From: Raja brachyura
Taxonomy: Eukaryota
Length of the DNA: 64,000 bases
NCBI GenBank assembly: GCA_963514005.1
Contig: OY740797.1
Coordinates: forward strand, 19,964,001-20,028,000
Reading direction: 5' to 3'
Part shown: positions 24,653-37,923 of the stretch, piece after piece
Position numbering within the stretch: position 1 is the first letter of the stretch
How the letters are laid out: each line of letters begins with the position of its first letter
The notes under the pieces: model-generated
Databases searched by the model: none
What the model was told of the DNA's origin: nothing
What the model saw: the letters and a program-made list of their open reading frames with translations, nothing else
Program-made: the position numbers and the translations under genes

Positions 24653-27610
24653 GGTGAAAAGTAAAAGTGGCAGGCAGAAAAACCCAGGGCAAAAATCAAA
24701 AAGGGCCACTTATCAAAAAAATTGTATAAGGGGTAAGAGTGTTGTAAAAACAAGCCTGAAGGCTTTATGTCTCAGTGCAAGACGCATTTGTAATAAGGTG
24801 GATGAGGTGAATGTGCAGATAGTTATTAATGAATATGATATAGTTGGGATCACGGATACATGGCTTCAGGGTGACCACGGCTGGGAGCTGAACATCCAGG
24901 GATATTCAATATTCAGGAGGGATAGGCAGAAAGGAAAAGGAGGTGGAGTAGCATTGCTGGTTAGAGAGGAGATTAACGCAATATAAAGGAAAGACATTAG
25001 CTTGGAGGATGTGGAATCGATATGGGTAGAGCTGCGAACAAGGGGCATAAAACGCTAGTGGGAGTTGTGTACAGGCCACCTAACAGTAGTAGTGGAGTTA
25101 GGGATGGCATCAAATATGAAATTATAAATGCGTGCAACAAAGGTAAAACAGTTATAACGGGTGATTTCAATCTACATATAGGTAGAATTTGGGTGAATCA
25201 AATTGGCAGGGGTGCTGAGGAAGAGGATTTCTTGGAATGTATGCGGGATAGTTTTCTAAACCAACATGTAGAGGAACCAAGGAGAGAGCAGGCTATTCGA
25301 TACTGGGTAAGGAGTAATGAGGAAGGGTTAGTTAGCAGTCTTGCTGTGCATGGCCCCTTGGCAAGAGTGACCATAATATAGTTTTCTTCATTAGGATGGA
25401 GAGTGACATTGTTAATTCAGAAACTAAGGTTCTGAACTTAAAGAAAGGTAACTTTGAGGCGTGAGACGTGAATTGGCCAAGATAGTCTGGCAAGTGAATC
25501 TTAAAGGGTTGACAGTGGATATGCAATGGAAGGCATTTGAAGACTGCGTGGATGAACTACAACAATTGTTCATCCCAGTTTGGCAAAATAATAAATCAGG
25601 GAAGATAACAAGGGAAATCAGGGATAGTATCAAAACTAAAGATGAAGCATAAAAATTAGACAGAAAAAGCAGCCTACCAGAGGACTGGGAGAAATTCAGA
25701 GTCCAGCAGAGGAGGACAAAGTGCTTAATTAGGAAAGGGAAAATAGATTATGAAATAAAACTGGCAGGGAACATAAAAACGGACTGCAAAGGTTTTTATA
25801 GATATGTGAAGAGAAAAAGGTTAGTTAAAACAAATGTAGGTCGCTTGCAGTCAGAAACTGGTGAATTGAACATGGGGAACAAGGACATGGCAGACCAATT
25901 GAATAACTACTTTGGTTCTGTCTTCACTAAGGAAGACATAAATAATATGCCGGAAATAGCAGGGAACCAGGGGTCAAATGAGATGGAGGAACTGAGTGAA
26001 ATCCAGGTTAGCCAGGAAGTGGTGTTAGCTAAATTGAATGGATTAAAGGCGGATAAATCCCCAGGGCCAGATAGGCTGCATCCCAGAGTACTTAAGGAAG
26101 TAGCCCCAGAAATAGTGGATGCATTACTGATAATTTTTTCAAAACTCTTTAGATCCTGGGGTAGTTCCTGAGGATTGGAGGGTAGCTAATGTAACCCCAC
26201 TTTTTAAAAAGGGAGGAAGAGAGAAAACGGGGAATTACAGACCAGATAGTCTAACAACGGTAGTGGGGGGAATACTAGAGTCAGTTATTAAAGATGGGAT
26301 AGCAGCACATTTGGAAAGTGGTGAAATCATTGGACAAAGACAGCATGGATTTATGAAAGGTAAACCATGTCGGACGAATCTTATTGAATTTTCGAGGATG
26401 TAACTAGTAGAGTGGATAAGGGAGGACCTTTGGATGTGTTGTATCTGGACTTTCAGAAGGCTTTCGACAAGGTCCCACATAAGAGATTAGCATTCAAACT
26501 TAAAGCACACGGTATTGGGGGTTCATTGTTGATGTGGATAGAGAACTGGCTGTCAGACAGGAAGCAAAGGGTAGGAGTTAACGGGTCATTTTCAGAATGG
26601 CAGGCAGTGACTAGTGGGGTACCCCAGCAATTTACACGATATATTAATAATCTGGATGAGGGAATTGAATGCAACATCTCCAAGTTTGCGGATGACACGA
26701 AGCTGGGGGCCAGTGCTAACTTGAGGAGGATGCTAGGAGGCTGCAAGGTGACTTGGATAGGTTGGGGGAGTGGGCAAATGCATGGCAGATGCAGTCTAAT
26801 GTGGATAAATGTGAGGTTATCCACTTTGGCTGCAAAAACAGGAGGGTAGACTATTATCTGAACGGTGGCCATTTAGGAAAGGCGGAGATGCAACGAGACC
26901 TGGGTGTCATGGTGCACCAGTTATTGAAAGTAGGCATGCAGGTGCAGCAGGCTGTGAGGAAAGCGAATGGTATGTTGGCATTCATAGCAAAATAATTTGA
27001 GTACAAGAGCATGGAGGTTCTACTGCAGTACATGGTCTTGGTGAGGCCACACCTGGAGTATTGCGTGCAGTTTTGGTCTCCTAATCTGAGGAAAGACATT
27101 CTTGCCATAGAGGGAGTACAGAGAAGGTTCACCAGACTGATTCCTGGGATGGCAGGACTTCCATGTGAAGAAAGACTGGATAGACTCGGCTTGTACTCGC
27201 TGGCATTTAGGAGATTGAGAGGGGATCTTATAGAGACTTAAAAAATTCTTAAGGGGTTGGACAGGCTAGATGCAGGAAGATTGTTCCCGATGTTAGGGAA
27301 CTCCAGAACAAGGGGTCACAGTTTAAGGATAAGGGGGAAGTCTTTTAGGGCCGAGATGAGAAGATCATTTTCACACAGAGAGTGGTGAGTCTGTGGAATT
27401 CTCTGCCACAGAAGGTAGTTGAGGCTAGTTCATTGGCTATATTTAAAAGGTAGTTAGATGAGGCCCTTGTGGTTAAAGGGATCCGGGGGTATGGAGAGAA
27501 GGCAGGTACAGGATACTGATTTGGATGATCAGCCATGATCATATTAAATGGCGGTGCAGGCTCGAAGGGCCGAATGGCCTACTCCTGCACCTATTTTCTA
27601 TGATTCTATG
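24653..27610 (+). mobile_element. CR1 LINE (same subfamily as 5040-7985) inserted into an older antisense CR1
   Basis: Full EN+RT motif series and a (TTCTATG)-type tail. ATCCT is duplicated at 24648-24652 and 27611-27615. Confidence 0.93.
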
Positions 27611-28475
27611 ATCCTTCTAAACTCCAGTGAGTACAGGCCCAATGGCGTCAAACGCTCATCATATGTTAACCCAATCATTCCGGGAATGATTTTCGTAAAC
27701 CTCCTCTGGACGCTCTCCGACGCCAACACATCCTTCCTCAGCTATGGGACGCAAAACTGCTCACAATACTCCATATGTGGTCTGACCAGAGACTTATAAG
27801 TTTCAGCATTACATTTTTTTTGTGTTCTAGCCCTCTCGAAATAAATGCTAGCATTGCATTCGACTACCGATTCGACTTGCAAATTAACTTTTGTTGGGAA
27901 TTCCGCACCAGCACGCCCCACTCCATTTACATCTCCGATTTCTGAATTGATTTAGAAAATATTCTATGCCTTTATTCCTACTACCATGCATGTTTCTACA
28001 CTTTGCCACCCTGTCTACCATCTGCCACTTCTCAGCCCACTCTTCCAACCTGTCCATGTCCGTCTGCAGCGTCCCTGCTTTCTCAACACTACCCGCTCCT
28101 CCACCTATCTTCATAGCATCAGCAAATTCAGTACAAAGCCTTCAATTCCCTCAGCCAAATTATTGATATACATTGCTAAGTGTCGTGGCCCCAGCACCAA
28201 AGGAACACCGCCTATCACGGGTAGCCAACCAGAAACAAATACTGTATTGCCACTCTTTGCCTTCTGCCATCCAGCCATCCTGCTACCCGTGCTAGTATCT
28301 TTCATCTGATACCATGGAGTCTCATCTTCTTTAGCAGCCTCGCGTGCTGCACTTTATCAAAGCCCTTCTGAAAATCGAGGTAAACCACATCCACTGACTC
28401 TCCTTGTTTATCCTGCTGTTTATTTCCTCAAAGAATCAGAACAGACCCGCCAGGCAAGATCCCCCTTTCACAAGC
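27611..28475 (-). mobile_element. Older CR1 RT fragment; continues at ~24550-24652
   Basis: SGWLPVIGGVPLVLGP...YINNLAEGIEG; LEEWAEKWQM. Sequence is collinear across the younger insertion. Confidence 0.85.
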
Positions 28476-28479
28476 GGGT

Positions 28480-29015
28480 AGTGCCGAACAATGGCGTCTT
28501 TTTCTTCTTTGTTGTTTTTAGTCTGCAGTTAAATTCTCTTTCCTCCACGGAGATGCGACTTTTTTTTCTTATTGTATTTCCGGCCGCACTGCCGCCTAAC
28601 ATCGCGACACAGGTGTCTCTTTGCCAGGGATCGACCTCGGGAGCTCCAACCGCGGGAGCCTGCGGACTTAACATTATGGAGCTCGCGGTCCCTGATTGGT
28701 GTCCGACTTCGTGGGCGTCGGCCGCCCCATCGCGGGAAGTTCTATCGCAATGACGAGGGAGCTTCGATCGCTGGCTGCGGGAGCTTGATCGCCCCAACTG
28801 CGGATGGTTCGACTGCCCGGACCGTGGAGGATAATGATAAGACTTTTTTGCCTTCCATCACAGTGGAGAATGTGGTGGAGCCGCGGTGGTGGATGTTTAT
28901 GTTAATTTTTATGTAGTTGTGTGTCTTGTTGCTTTTTTTGTATGACTGTATGGCAAAATCAAATTACTTGTATGTTGGAAAGCATACTTGGCTAATAAAT
29001 CAATTACGAGTACAA
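28480..29015 (+). repeat. Unclassified interspersed repeat, CpG-rich body with AATAAA-bearing 3' tail
   Basis: Abrupt GC/CpG-rich block with internal gggagct/cgggag repeats, ending aaagcatacttggctaataaa. Confidence 0.4.
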
Positions 29016-29279
29016 TTAAAATTATGCCGACGTCGGCCTATTTTAGAGTGTGGCCAGCGTGTTGCGGAAGTGGTGTGACGATTTTAGCCACCTTCTTGGG
29101 GAAGATCTACATGTGGATCTATTCGATTTTTGGGGAAGTCAATATGCTCGACGAAATAGTTAATGTCCTACAGTTTCTGCAGACTCGTTCATTCTTGGAT
29201 GATGCAGCTAGTAAGTGTGGTTTGCAGCTTACAACTGCAGAAGTTCAGAGACATGCAGAATATTTTGGAAAGCAGTGGC

Positions 29280-30545
29280 AGGATCGGACAAGGTCAGCAT
29301 TGATTTATGAAGGGGAAATCAAGCTTTACAAATCTTCTCGATTTTTTTGGAATATGTAACAAGTAGAATGGATAAGGGAGAGCAGTGGGTGTGGTGTATC
29401 TTTTCTTTCAAAAAGCCTTCGACAAGGTCCCCCACAGGAGACTAGTGTGTAAAATTAGAATATGGTACGGGGGGTAGGGTAGGATAGAGAACTGGTTGGC
29501 AGTCAGAAACCAAAGAGTAGGATTTCACAGGTCCGTTTCAGAATGACAGGCAGTGACTAGTGGGGTGCCGTAAGGCTTGGTGCTGGGACCCCAGTTATTT
29601 ACGATATATATTAATGATTTGGATGAAGGGATTCAAAGTAACATTAGCACATTTTCAGATGACACAACGCTGGGTGGCAATGTGAACTGTGTGGAGGATG
29701 CTAGGAGAATGCAGGGTGACTTGGACAAGTTGATGTGAGGTTATCCACTTTGGTAACAAAAACAGGAAGGCAGATTATTATCTAAATTGCGTCAAGTTGG
29801 GAAAAGGGGAAATACAACGGGATCTGGGGGTCCTTGTTCATCAGTCTATGAAAGTAAGCATGCATGTACAGCAGGCAGGGAAGAAAGCAAATGGCATGTT
29901 GGCCTTTATAACAAGAGGAGTCGAGTATAGGAGCAAAGAGGGCCTTCTGCAGTTGTACAGAGCCCTAGTGAGACCACACGTGGATTGTTGTGTGCAGTTT
30001 AAGTCCCCTAATTTGAGGAAGGACATTCTTCCTATTGAGGGAGTGCAGCGTAGGTTTACAAGGTTAATTCCCGGGACTGTCATATGCTGAGAGAATGGAG
30101 CGGCTGGGCTTGTACACTCTGGAGTTGAGAAGGATGAGAGGGTATCTTATTGAAACATATAAGATTGTTAAGGATTTGGACATGCTAGAGGCAGGAAACA
30201 TGTTCCCGATGTTGAGGGAGTCCAGAACCAGAGGCCACAGTTTAAGAATAAGAAGTAAACCGTTTAGAACGGAGACGGGGAAACACTTTTTCTCATAGAG
30301 CGTTGTGAGTGTGGAATTCTCTGCCTCAGAGGGTGGTGGAGGCAGGTTATCTGGATGCTTTCAAGAGAGAGCTAGACAGGGCTCTTAAAGATAGCGGATC
30401 AGGGGATATGGGGAGAAGGCAGGAACGGCATACTGATTGGGGATGATCAGCCATGATCACACTGAATGGTGGTGCTGGCTCAAAGGGCCGAATGGCCTAC
30501 TCCTGCACCTATTGTCTATTGTCTATTGTCGATTGGCTATTGTCT
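29280..30545 (+). mobile_element. CR1 LINE, 5'-truncated RT and 3' UTR
   Basis: [41 protein letters not shown]; (TATTGTC)n tail. Confidence 0.9.
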
Positions 30546-30549
30546 CTTC

Positions 30550-30672
30550 CCTATCTCTATCTCTATCTTCTCTATCTCTACACTCTCTATCTTCTTCTCT
30601 ATCTCTATCTACATCTCTATCTCTATCTTCTCTTCTCGATCTCTATCTCAGTCTCTTCTTCTTCTCTATCTC
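30550..30672 (+). repeat. (CTCTAT)n microsatellite
   Basis: Imperfect hexamer array. Confidence 0.9.
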
Positions 30673-31189
30673 TAGACATAGCTAAAACACTGATCTTGAG
30701 CTCTTCTGGACTGCGTGGCTTTTCTAATTGCTCAAAAACTGAACCGGATAGCGCTACGGTTTTCGCCACCTATCTCGCCATTTTCCTGTGCTGAAGTGCA
30801 ACAGGTTTTGTACTGATCAATGGCATATTCTAAAAGTTATCAAGGTTTAAAAATCTTTAAAACCGCGCATGCATAGATTGGTCTCCTATCCTGTCGGAGA
30901 TTGGTCTCCTCTCCTGTCAGTCACCCGTGGCGGCGACGTCCAGACCGGCACGGCAACGTCACTTCCGGCGCACCATCGCCGCACTATTCGGCCATCTCCT
31001 CTGTCACAATAAAGCTGAAGGAGCGGAGCGAGCAGAGTTCGTGCATCACAAAGAGTGCAGAGTGGCCACAGTGCAGAGCGGCCTGAGTGCAGAGCGGCCC
31101 GGAGCCTGGCTGAGTGCGAGGCCCACTGTGAGGCCCACTGCAGCAACCACTAGATCCTGGGGAGAGTGGAGGATTGAGGGAGACGGGCA

Positions 31190-31360
31190 CTGGTGAGGTC
31201 AGGGCTGGGCGCTGGTGGGGCCGGGCGCTGGTGGGGCCGGGACCGGGCACTAGCGGGGCCTGGGTCGGGTGCTAGTGGGGCCGGGCACTGGTGCAGCTGG
31301 GCACTGATGGGACTGGGCGCTGGTGGGGATGGGCGCTGGTGGGGCTGGGCGCTGGGGGGG
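31190..31360 (+). repeat. GC-rich ~16-bp minisatellite (GGGC[CT]GGGC[GA]CTGGTG)n
   Basis: About 8 imperfect tandem copies. Confidence 0.8.
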
Positions 31361-31889
31361 CCATTCCTCCCTCTATCCCAACAACCCCTCCCCAGCCCAC
31401 ACACCCCCACCCACCCCATCCTTTTGCACACCCCCCAGTGGTAGGCCACGGCAGCGGCAGTCCATGGCAGCGGCAGCAGAGGTACGCCATGGCAGCAGTA
31501 TGCCACGGCAACGCTCCCCCCGCACCGGCCCCCACCTGAAGCCGCCCCACTCCACGGGCTACAGAACGCTCCTGCCGACCCCCGCCTGAAGCCGTTACCA
31601 TCCCCACCTGCAGGACACTTTGCCCCCTAGTCCACCACCCCCCATCTGAAGCCGTCCTCTGCTGTAGTATACTCCACACCGGTTCCCACCTGAATCCAGC
31701 AGCAGCAGCAGTAGGCAGTGGCAGTCCACAGCAGTGGCAGGCCACGGCAGCACTGCCCCCCCCCCCTCCCCACTGGCCCCCAGACAGCCCCCGCCTGAAG
31801 CAGCCCCCCTCCCCCGGCTGCAGGACAACTGCGCCCCCCCCCCCCCCCCCGACAGCACCCGCCTCAAGCCATCCCCCTCCCCCGGCTGC

Positions 31890-32890
31890 AGCAGTTTGGT
31901 TTGGGGTGAATGCCCAATGATTAGGAGGGAGAGCTTCGAAGTGGTGGACCAAACTCTTCAACATGTAAACACCAACACTAAGCCTTTTGGCGGCATTCTT
32001 ACGATTGCGGTGATTTTCGACAATTCCTTCCTGTAGTGAATAGGGGAAATGATGCTGATGTTGAAAATTCCTGCATCAAGAAATCCTACTTGTGGAGACT
32101 TTTTACCAAGTTTCAATTGCCGACGAATATGTGATTGAGAGAGGGAGAAGGCAACTATTCTCAATTTTTGTTGAAAGTTGGAGAATACGAGATTTTAAAG
32201 AATGAAGACGATGAAATTTAAATGCCAGAAGACATGGTTCTATCAGCAAAAACACTGGAGGATTGCATTGATTTCATCTATCCTGCATTTGACATCCTGC
32301 AGAATTATTCTCCAACAATTGTATCTTGGTTCCGCACACCGATACGATGAGAAGCATCAATTCTAAATGTATCAGATGCTTCCCTGAAATCATTAAGAAG
32401 TATTTTTATTTCAATGCTGTCACTGAGGGAACTAAAGCTACTCACTTCCCAACAGAATTCCTCGATTCACTCGAGTTCTCTGGATTACCACCACACAAAT
32501 TGTAGTTGAAAAAAGGATCTACGATCATGTTAATGAGAAATGTGGAAACCTCAAAGCTATGTAATTGAATGAGGATGATTGTGGAAGAGCTACACAATAA
32601 TTTGATTGTTGCAAGAATCAACATGGGAGCCTTCAAAGATGACATTTTTCTCATTCCTAGGATAATGCTCAATTTGACAGAAGGTGAAGACATTCCCCTT
32701 CCCGATTCAGTCAAGTTTTGTTATGACGATCCATAAAGAGCAAGGACAAACCATGGAGAAAGTGTTGATATACCTTGAGAAACTGATATTTCAGCATGGA
32801 CTACTATATGTGTCTCTTAGCCGAGGAAAGGTGTAGGAAAATGTCAAAGTATTCCTGAAGGATGGAACATCGACCAAGAACGTTCATTAA
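31890..32890 (+). pseudogene. Pif1-family (Helitron RepHel) helicase C-terminal half, heavily decayed
   Basis: LVWGECPMIRRESFEVVDQTL...KPFGG; EFLDSLEFSGLPPHKL*LKKGSTIMLMRN...LCN; FLIPRI; MTIHK.QGQTMEKV.IYL..IFQHG.LYV.LSR. Several stops and frameshifts. Confidence 0.9.
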
Positions 32891-35266
32891 ACACGTGCTT
32901 GGTTGTGCGATGACTTCTGAGTTAATTCTCAGATTTTCTTCATGTTAAGGTTTGACCACTCAATAATGTCTCTGTATTAAAATTGTGTGTCTTTTTTCAT
33001 CAGCAGCAAAGCGACATTGAGACGCAGTGAGCAGCAAAACGCAACAAGACGCCAGCAAGAAAAAACTGAACTCAATAAATCTCATCTTTAACTTTTAAAT
33101 TGTTGTTATATTTTAAGTTATTCACATTTTAAGCTTTAATAAATCCCTTTTCCACTTGCCGTGCCCGTCAGCTGCGCCTGCGCAGTAATAACTGCGTGTT
33201 CTACGTCAATGTGAACCCTATGGGCGGGAATGGCTGCACCGTCGGAGAGCTACTAAGAGTGGATGGGGGGATTGAGGGGGGATGGACTGAGTGCGCGGAG
33301 GGCGGGTGAAGGGCAGGGGGCGGAGAGGGGGGGCGGGGGGTGAGGGGGTGAGGGGAGGGGGATCAGGGGCATCACAACGGGAACCCGTCAGCCGCGCCCG
33401 CGCAGTTGAGGGCTATGGGTGAGTGGTGGAATATTGCGTTGGGGGACCAGGCCCCCCGTGCGACAATGGAAACCAATGCGCTCCATGGCTGGCAGCATTT
33501 TATACAAATGTTAAGCCAACTTCAATACCAAAACCTGTTCTTCCAGAACACAATTACACTTGATTAGCTGCGCCTGAAACTCCAATCGTTGTGGCGATTG
33601 GATAAAGACACGTGACTCCAATTTAAATCTAATCTTCCCAATCCATACATGTACTCCCACGTTTTCCAGAACATAATTACACTGACATCAAATTAAGTTT
33701 TATATTAATGGGAATCGATGCACCCTCTGTTTATCCTCCTTCGTTCCAGTGCAGTTGTGAAATTATGCATTATTTTCGGTGCCGCGAATTTATTTGTCCG
33801 GTTGGAGCCAATGTGTATTTCATAACAAGCATTTCATAACACATCGAGTCATTGATGGCTTTGAAAGGACAAATAGTTTAGGTAAGTGAAAATATATTCG
33901 TTATTAAAATTTGCGTAATTATCGTTTTCTTACAAGGCATCATTTAGCGGCAACATATCAAGATCGGTCTTTGCGAAGTTTTGATCAAAACACATCGACA
34001 AGATTGTGCTTTCTTAAAAGTTGTAAAGAGCGAGAGCAGAATTTAAGTTGCAGTCTCTGAAAAAACTGGACAATTTATGCCAAATAATATCCTGAGATGA
34101 AAATTATCATTTCACTTCCCAGGATCGTAGGTGCAATAGAGACCATCAATTCTTAAAAAGGCTGCAATAAACGATTATGAACCATACTACAAAACCTAAT
34201 TCATTACTAAACTTCAGCAACGACATGCATTTAGATTCTCGGCCTCTCACATTTATTGAGCTGTTTTCATCTGCATTCACTGCGCCGATGTTTGCTTTGT
34301 TTTGGGAAGCTGCAGAGCGGCATATATCACATCGTAAATTCCACTAGTTATTGTCTGGAAAGTAATTAAATTCCACTCGTTAATTCATTAACACGCATGA
34401 CGAAAATCAAAATTGTCATGAATTTATCAATTACCACCTTCAGTTTTTTTTAAAGGCAAATGCTCATTTTGGAGTCTGCGTATCACCAACTATGCCAGTA
34501 TTTACCGTCATCCACAATAGCCGTTTCAGAATTTAGACTTGGTCCGTATATGTGCAACCTAGTGGGTGAAAGGGAAGTACAGTATTGCAGTTCACCCATG
34601 CACCGACTACACTTTGTTATTGTGCTGCTTTAAAGTGTAGGTTTCGAGAGGGGGGGGGGGGGGGGGGGGGTTATATTTTAAATAGCTTAGGAGAGTAACT
34701 CTATTGTATTCGTCGATAGGATTCTCTGCACCCACTGCATCTGGTGGTGGAAGAGCTGAATGTTTAGGATTTGGCAGGGCCATTTTAATTGGATGGTGAT
34801 TCACTTCTTGGGAGATGAGGATAGTGCCCTCATCCAGGCAAGTGGAAAGTACCCAAACGCACGCCAAATTCCTTAGTTTAGATGTTGGAAGGGTCTTAAT
34901 ATGAGGAGTTGTTTTTAATTTGCCAAAGGAATATAACCATTAGCTCGTTTTTGTAGCCATGGTATCTACTGGACCATTTCGGTTGAATATCTGGTAACCC
35001 CCAGAATATTAATCGTCAGAGCCTCGATCTGCTATGCTATTGAAATACCAAATCTTTCTTGTTGGAAATAATCATTGTCTGGCATTGTTATGATTTGGAT
35101 GAGGTCGGCACATTCAGATTGTATACCTCTGTTATTTCCTCCGTTTTCCTTTTTGATTTACAGTCAACTTTAACGATAAAAGCGACACTTGACTAACAAT
35201 AGTTCCTTATTTAAATGCAAAACAAATTTCGCGTGAATGTTGATGTATACATTATTGGTGTCTCTT

Positions 35267-35428
35267 TTATTTGAAGACATTTATTGCAATGTAATCACTT
35301 TGAATATTTGTAGCCGATAATTGACTGTTAGTTTGATCTGCTGAATACGTGACAGAATTTCTAAGGCTGTATTTCTTTACCCACGTGCAATTTATAGTCA
35401 GCAAATGGACTGCGGAAATTTGCTGACG
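35267..35428 (-). CDS. Possible terminal cytoplasmic exon of IgSF gene B with ITIM-like motif
   Basis: Strong acceptor gtttctatctgtcattttctacag|; phase-0 frame RQQISAV...SVTYSAD...QSDYIAINVFK*. Needs an unidentified phase 2 to 0 bridging exon. Confidence 0.25.
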   Translation of the reverse strand, partial: RQQISAVHLLTINCTWVKKYSLRNSVTYSADQTNSQLSATNIQSDYIAINVFK

Positions 35429-36062
35429 CTGTAGAAAATGACAGATAGAAACACGGTTCATTGTTTTCTCAGGTTCAGTCTGGTATTCTGTTGTATACTC
35501 TGATTTGGCACCTCGTTTTAGTCAGCTCTCTGTCTACTGCCTAGCTTTCGCACTTGTGTACACACATTTATGAACACTGGATGGAAATGTTTTCTGTTGC
35601 TTAACTGCTTAAGGTTGGAACTTACCTCAAGTAATCAAACTGGTGGTCAGGCACAAATACCTTACATGCAAAATTACTGTTCCAAGCACCCTTTACATTA
35701 AGGCAGCATTTGACTAACTGTGGAAATAGGAAGCCCCAGAAAAATGGAATTCACTGGGCATCAAAGTGAACAATCGATAGTTAGAGTTTACCTCTTACAG
35801 GAGAAAATGTGGTTATGATTGTTGGAGTTCCCAGCCTGGGACATCTCCTTCGATGTTCTCCAATGCAATATCCTATGGCCAGCCATCTTCAGCTCCTTTA
35901 TCAAAACATTTCACTGCCATGCTAAGATCATAACTGGGGATGTTAGATGATGATTGCACAAAGCTTTGTTCCATTTGGAATGTTTCAGCAAACACAGCTC
36001 GACGTACCCACGCCTCAGACTATCTTTGTCTGGTTTGCGGATCTGGTGAGCAGATTTGCTGG

Positions 36063-36220
36063 CTTTACCTTGCACTAAACGTTATTCCCTTATCATGTAT
36101 CTATGCACTGCAAATGGATCGATTGTAATCATGTATTGTCTTTCTGCGGACTGGTGAGCATGCAACAAAAGATTTTCACGTACCTCAGTACACGTGACAA
36201 TAAACTAAACTAAACTAAAC
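36063..36220 (+). mobile_element. LINE/SINE 3' tail fragment
   Basis: Ends acgtgacAATAAA(CTAAA)n, a retroposon-type simple-repeat tail. Confidence 0.55.
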
Positions 36221-37880
36221 TTGAACAGCATTTCGATCTCGGCTGATAAGTGACTTTCATATTCAGCCTTTCAAGAAGGCACTCCATTTTCTTTGCAATT
36301 ATGGCGGGATATTACGCGGTGGCCCTACCATTAAGGCCTTCATCCAGAAAACGTGTCATAGAAAAGTACTTGAAAATGATGCTGCTTATCGACCTAGTTG
36401 GATAAATGCACATAATATTCCTAAGGGCGGATCTGATACGGTTAGCTGCAAGTTGTTAACTGCAATTATGAATTGGATTGAGCTTGAAGCAGACCCCTAC
36501 ATGCCTTGTCAAGGACGCAACTTCCACTATTATTCTTAAACATGCCTGGCAAACAGAGTAACTAATAGCGTTGCAGAGATTATCACTTGTTCTCATGCCC
36601 CTTCGAGGTATTCGTGTTCACTCCTAGCTCGCAATCAGAACCTGTGGCCCATGGTCACTCCTTTCTGCTCACTTCCCGACGCAGCAGCCATTGAGAGACC
36701 TAAAGTACTATTCCAACTTGATTTAGCTCAGGAACTAGATATAGGGACATAATGTCCTGCTAATCTGCTTGATTTGACAGGGAACAATCCAGATAAGGAT
36801 TGAAACAGGAAGTACAACCGATTTGTCTTGTCATAAGTAAAGGCGCAGCGTGCAGAAACAAGGAATTAATGCCAATGTTTATGTTACTAATTGGGGTCTT
36901 AGTTGATGTACTCAGCTCAAATTAGGGTAGAATAACAGCAACTTTACGAAATTCCGTATGTTCAAGGGCAGTGTACAACAGTTGTTCTTCTTGTAGCAAA
37001 TAAAAAAACAATTCACAATTGAACGTTAATTTATTTGGGGTTGTTCTGATTGAGTGAATACGGAGAATCAATTTCTACCTGAAGATATCAACTATCTAAA
37101 TGATATCATTCAAGAACGTTGCTTGAATAAGAGGGGATAGATTGGAATATTTTAAATTATTTTAAAGTATAACCTGGGATAATAGGACGAAATGTTGCCT
37201 TCCATGGTTCTGGGAAATATTCTTTCTTCAAACATCAGGGGCCATTGTCCGCGAGCTATCACGGGTGTTGAAAGTGCGACGTGTTTGTTCAATTGCATGC
37301 GGATCCGAAACAATTGAAGACCAGGTTTTGCTGCAGACTTGTTTTCGGTACAAGCATTAAATTGCACACGACTCGAAAAAAGGTTTTAATCAAAGTCGTA
37401 CAAAATTTCACCAAGTACTATAAGTTTCTATAATTTAATCATTTGTCAATAACTTCCAGGACTCCATTGGCAACCTATTGCCTATGTTCTTTCTCTAGCA
37501 TTCTGGATCATTCTACACACTTATATTTATTAGTTTCTCGCTACCTAATTACTTTTTGATTCTTCTCGCCAAAGTAAATAACCATATATGTCTCCACGCT
37601 ATACTCTATATGACGCATTTTTTAACGCATGCGCTTAACGTTTCTGATATGGAGTATATGACTGAAAGTACTATGCAAAAGTTTGAAAGGGAAATTTGAA
37701 TTGGCCAGATGATACATACTTCAACAGAGGCGTTGCCACAGACAGAGTATTTTTCTTCTACATAATGTTCTACGATATTTAGAAGATAGATTACATATGT
37801 TTTAATTGCTGAAACTAATACTTCGGCTCCGACTCCATTCCTTTATTCAAACATGAATGTAAATGGAATTTTGTGCTTAC

Positions 37881-37923
37881 CCGTTTTTCACTCGATTTGC
37901 GTCCAAGTAATTTCTAATAACGC
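37881..37923 (-). CDS. IgSF gene B cytoplasmic exon 1 (43 nt, phase 1 to 2)
   Basis: tttcttttctgtttccaag|GCGTT...AACGG|gtaagc encodes GVIRNYLDANRVKN. Strong splice sites; same size as the gene A exon. Confidence 0.7.

Larger units (their letters stand above)
30671..33465 (+). mobile_element. Helitron remnant containing a decayed Pif1 helicase segment
   Basis: Start TCTAGACATAGCTAAAACACTGATCTTG resembles the unit start at 9526. GC-rich minisatellite inside. Helicase remnant at 31890-32890. 3' hairpin/CTRR end not found, so boundaries are uncertain. Confidence 0.65.

Noticed and set aside
30437-30794. Leu/Tyr/Ser-repeat ORFs that look like membrane proteins
   Set aside because: Translation of the (CTCTAT)n microsatellite.
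30886-31964. Many overlapping Gly/Pro/Ala-rich ORFs
   Set aside because: By-product of GC-rich low-complexity repeats in the Helitron remnant; no domain motifs.
34649-34670. Long poly-G/poly-C runs (also ~11260, 14633, 23002, 48115, 49932) as functional G-quadruplexes
   Set aside because: Simple homopolymers, mostly inside repeats, with lengths unreliable in assemblies.
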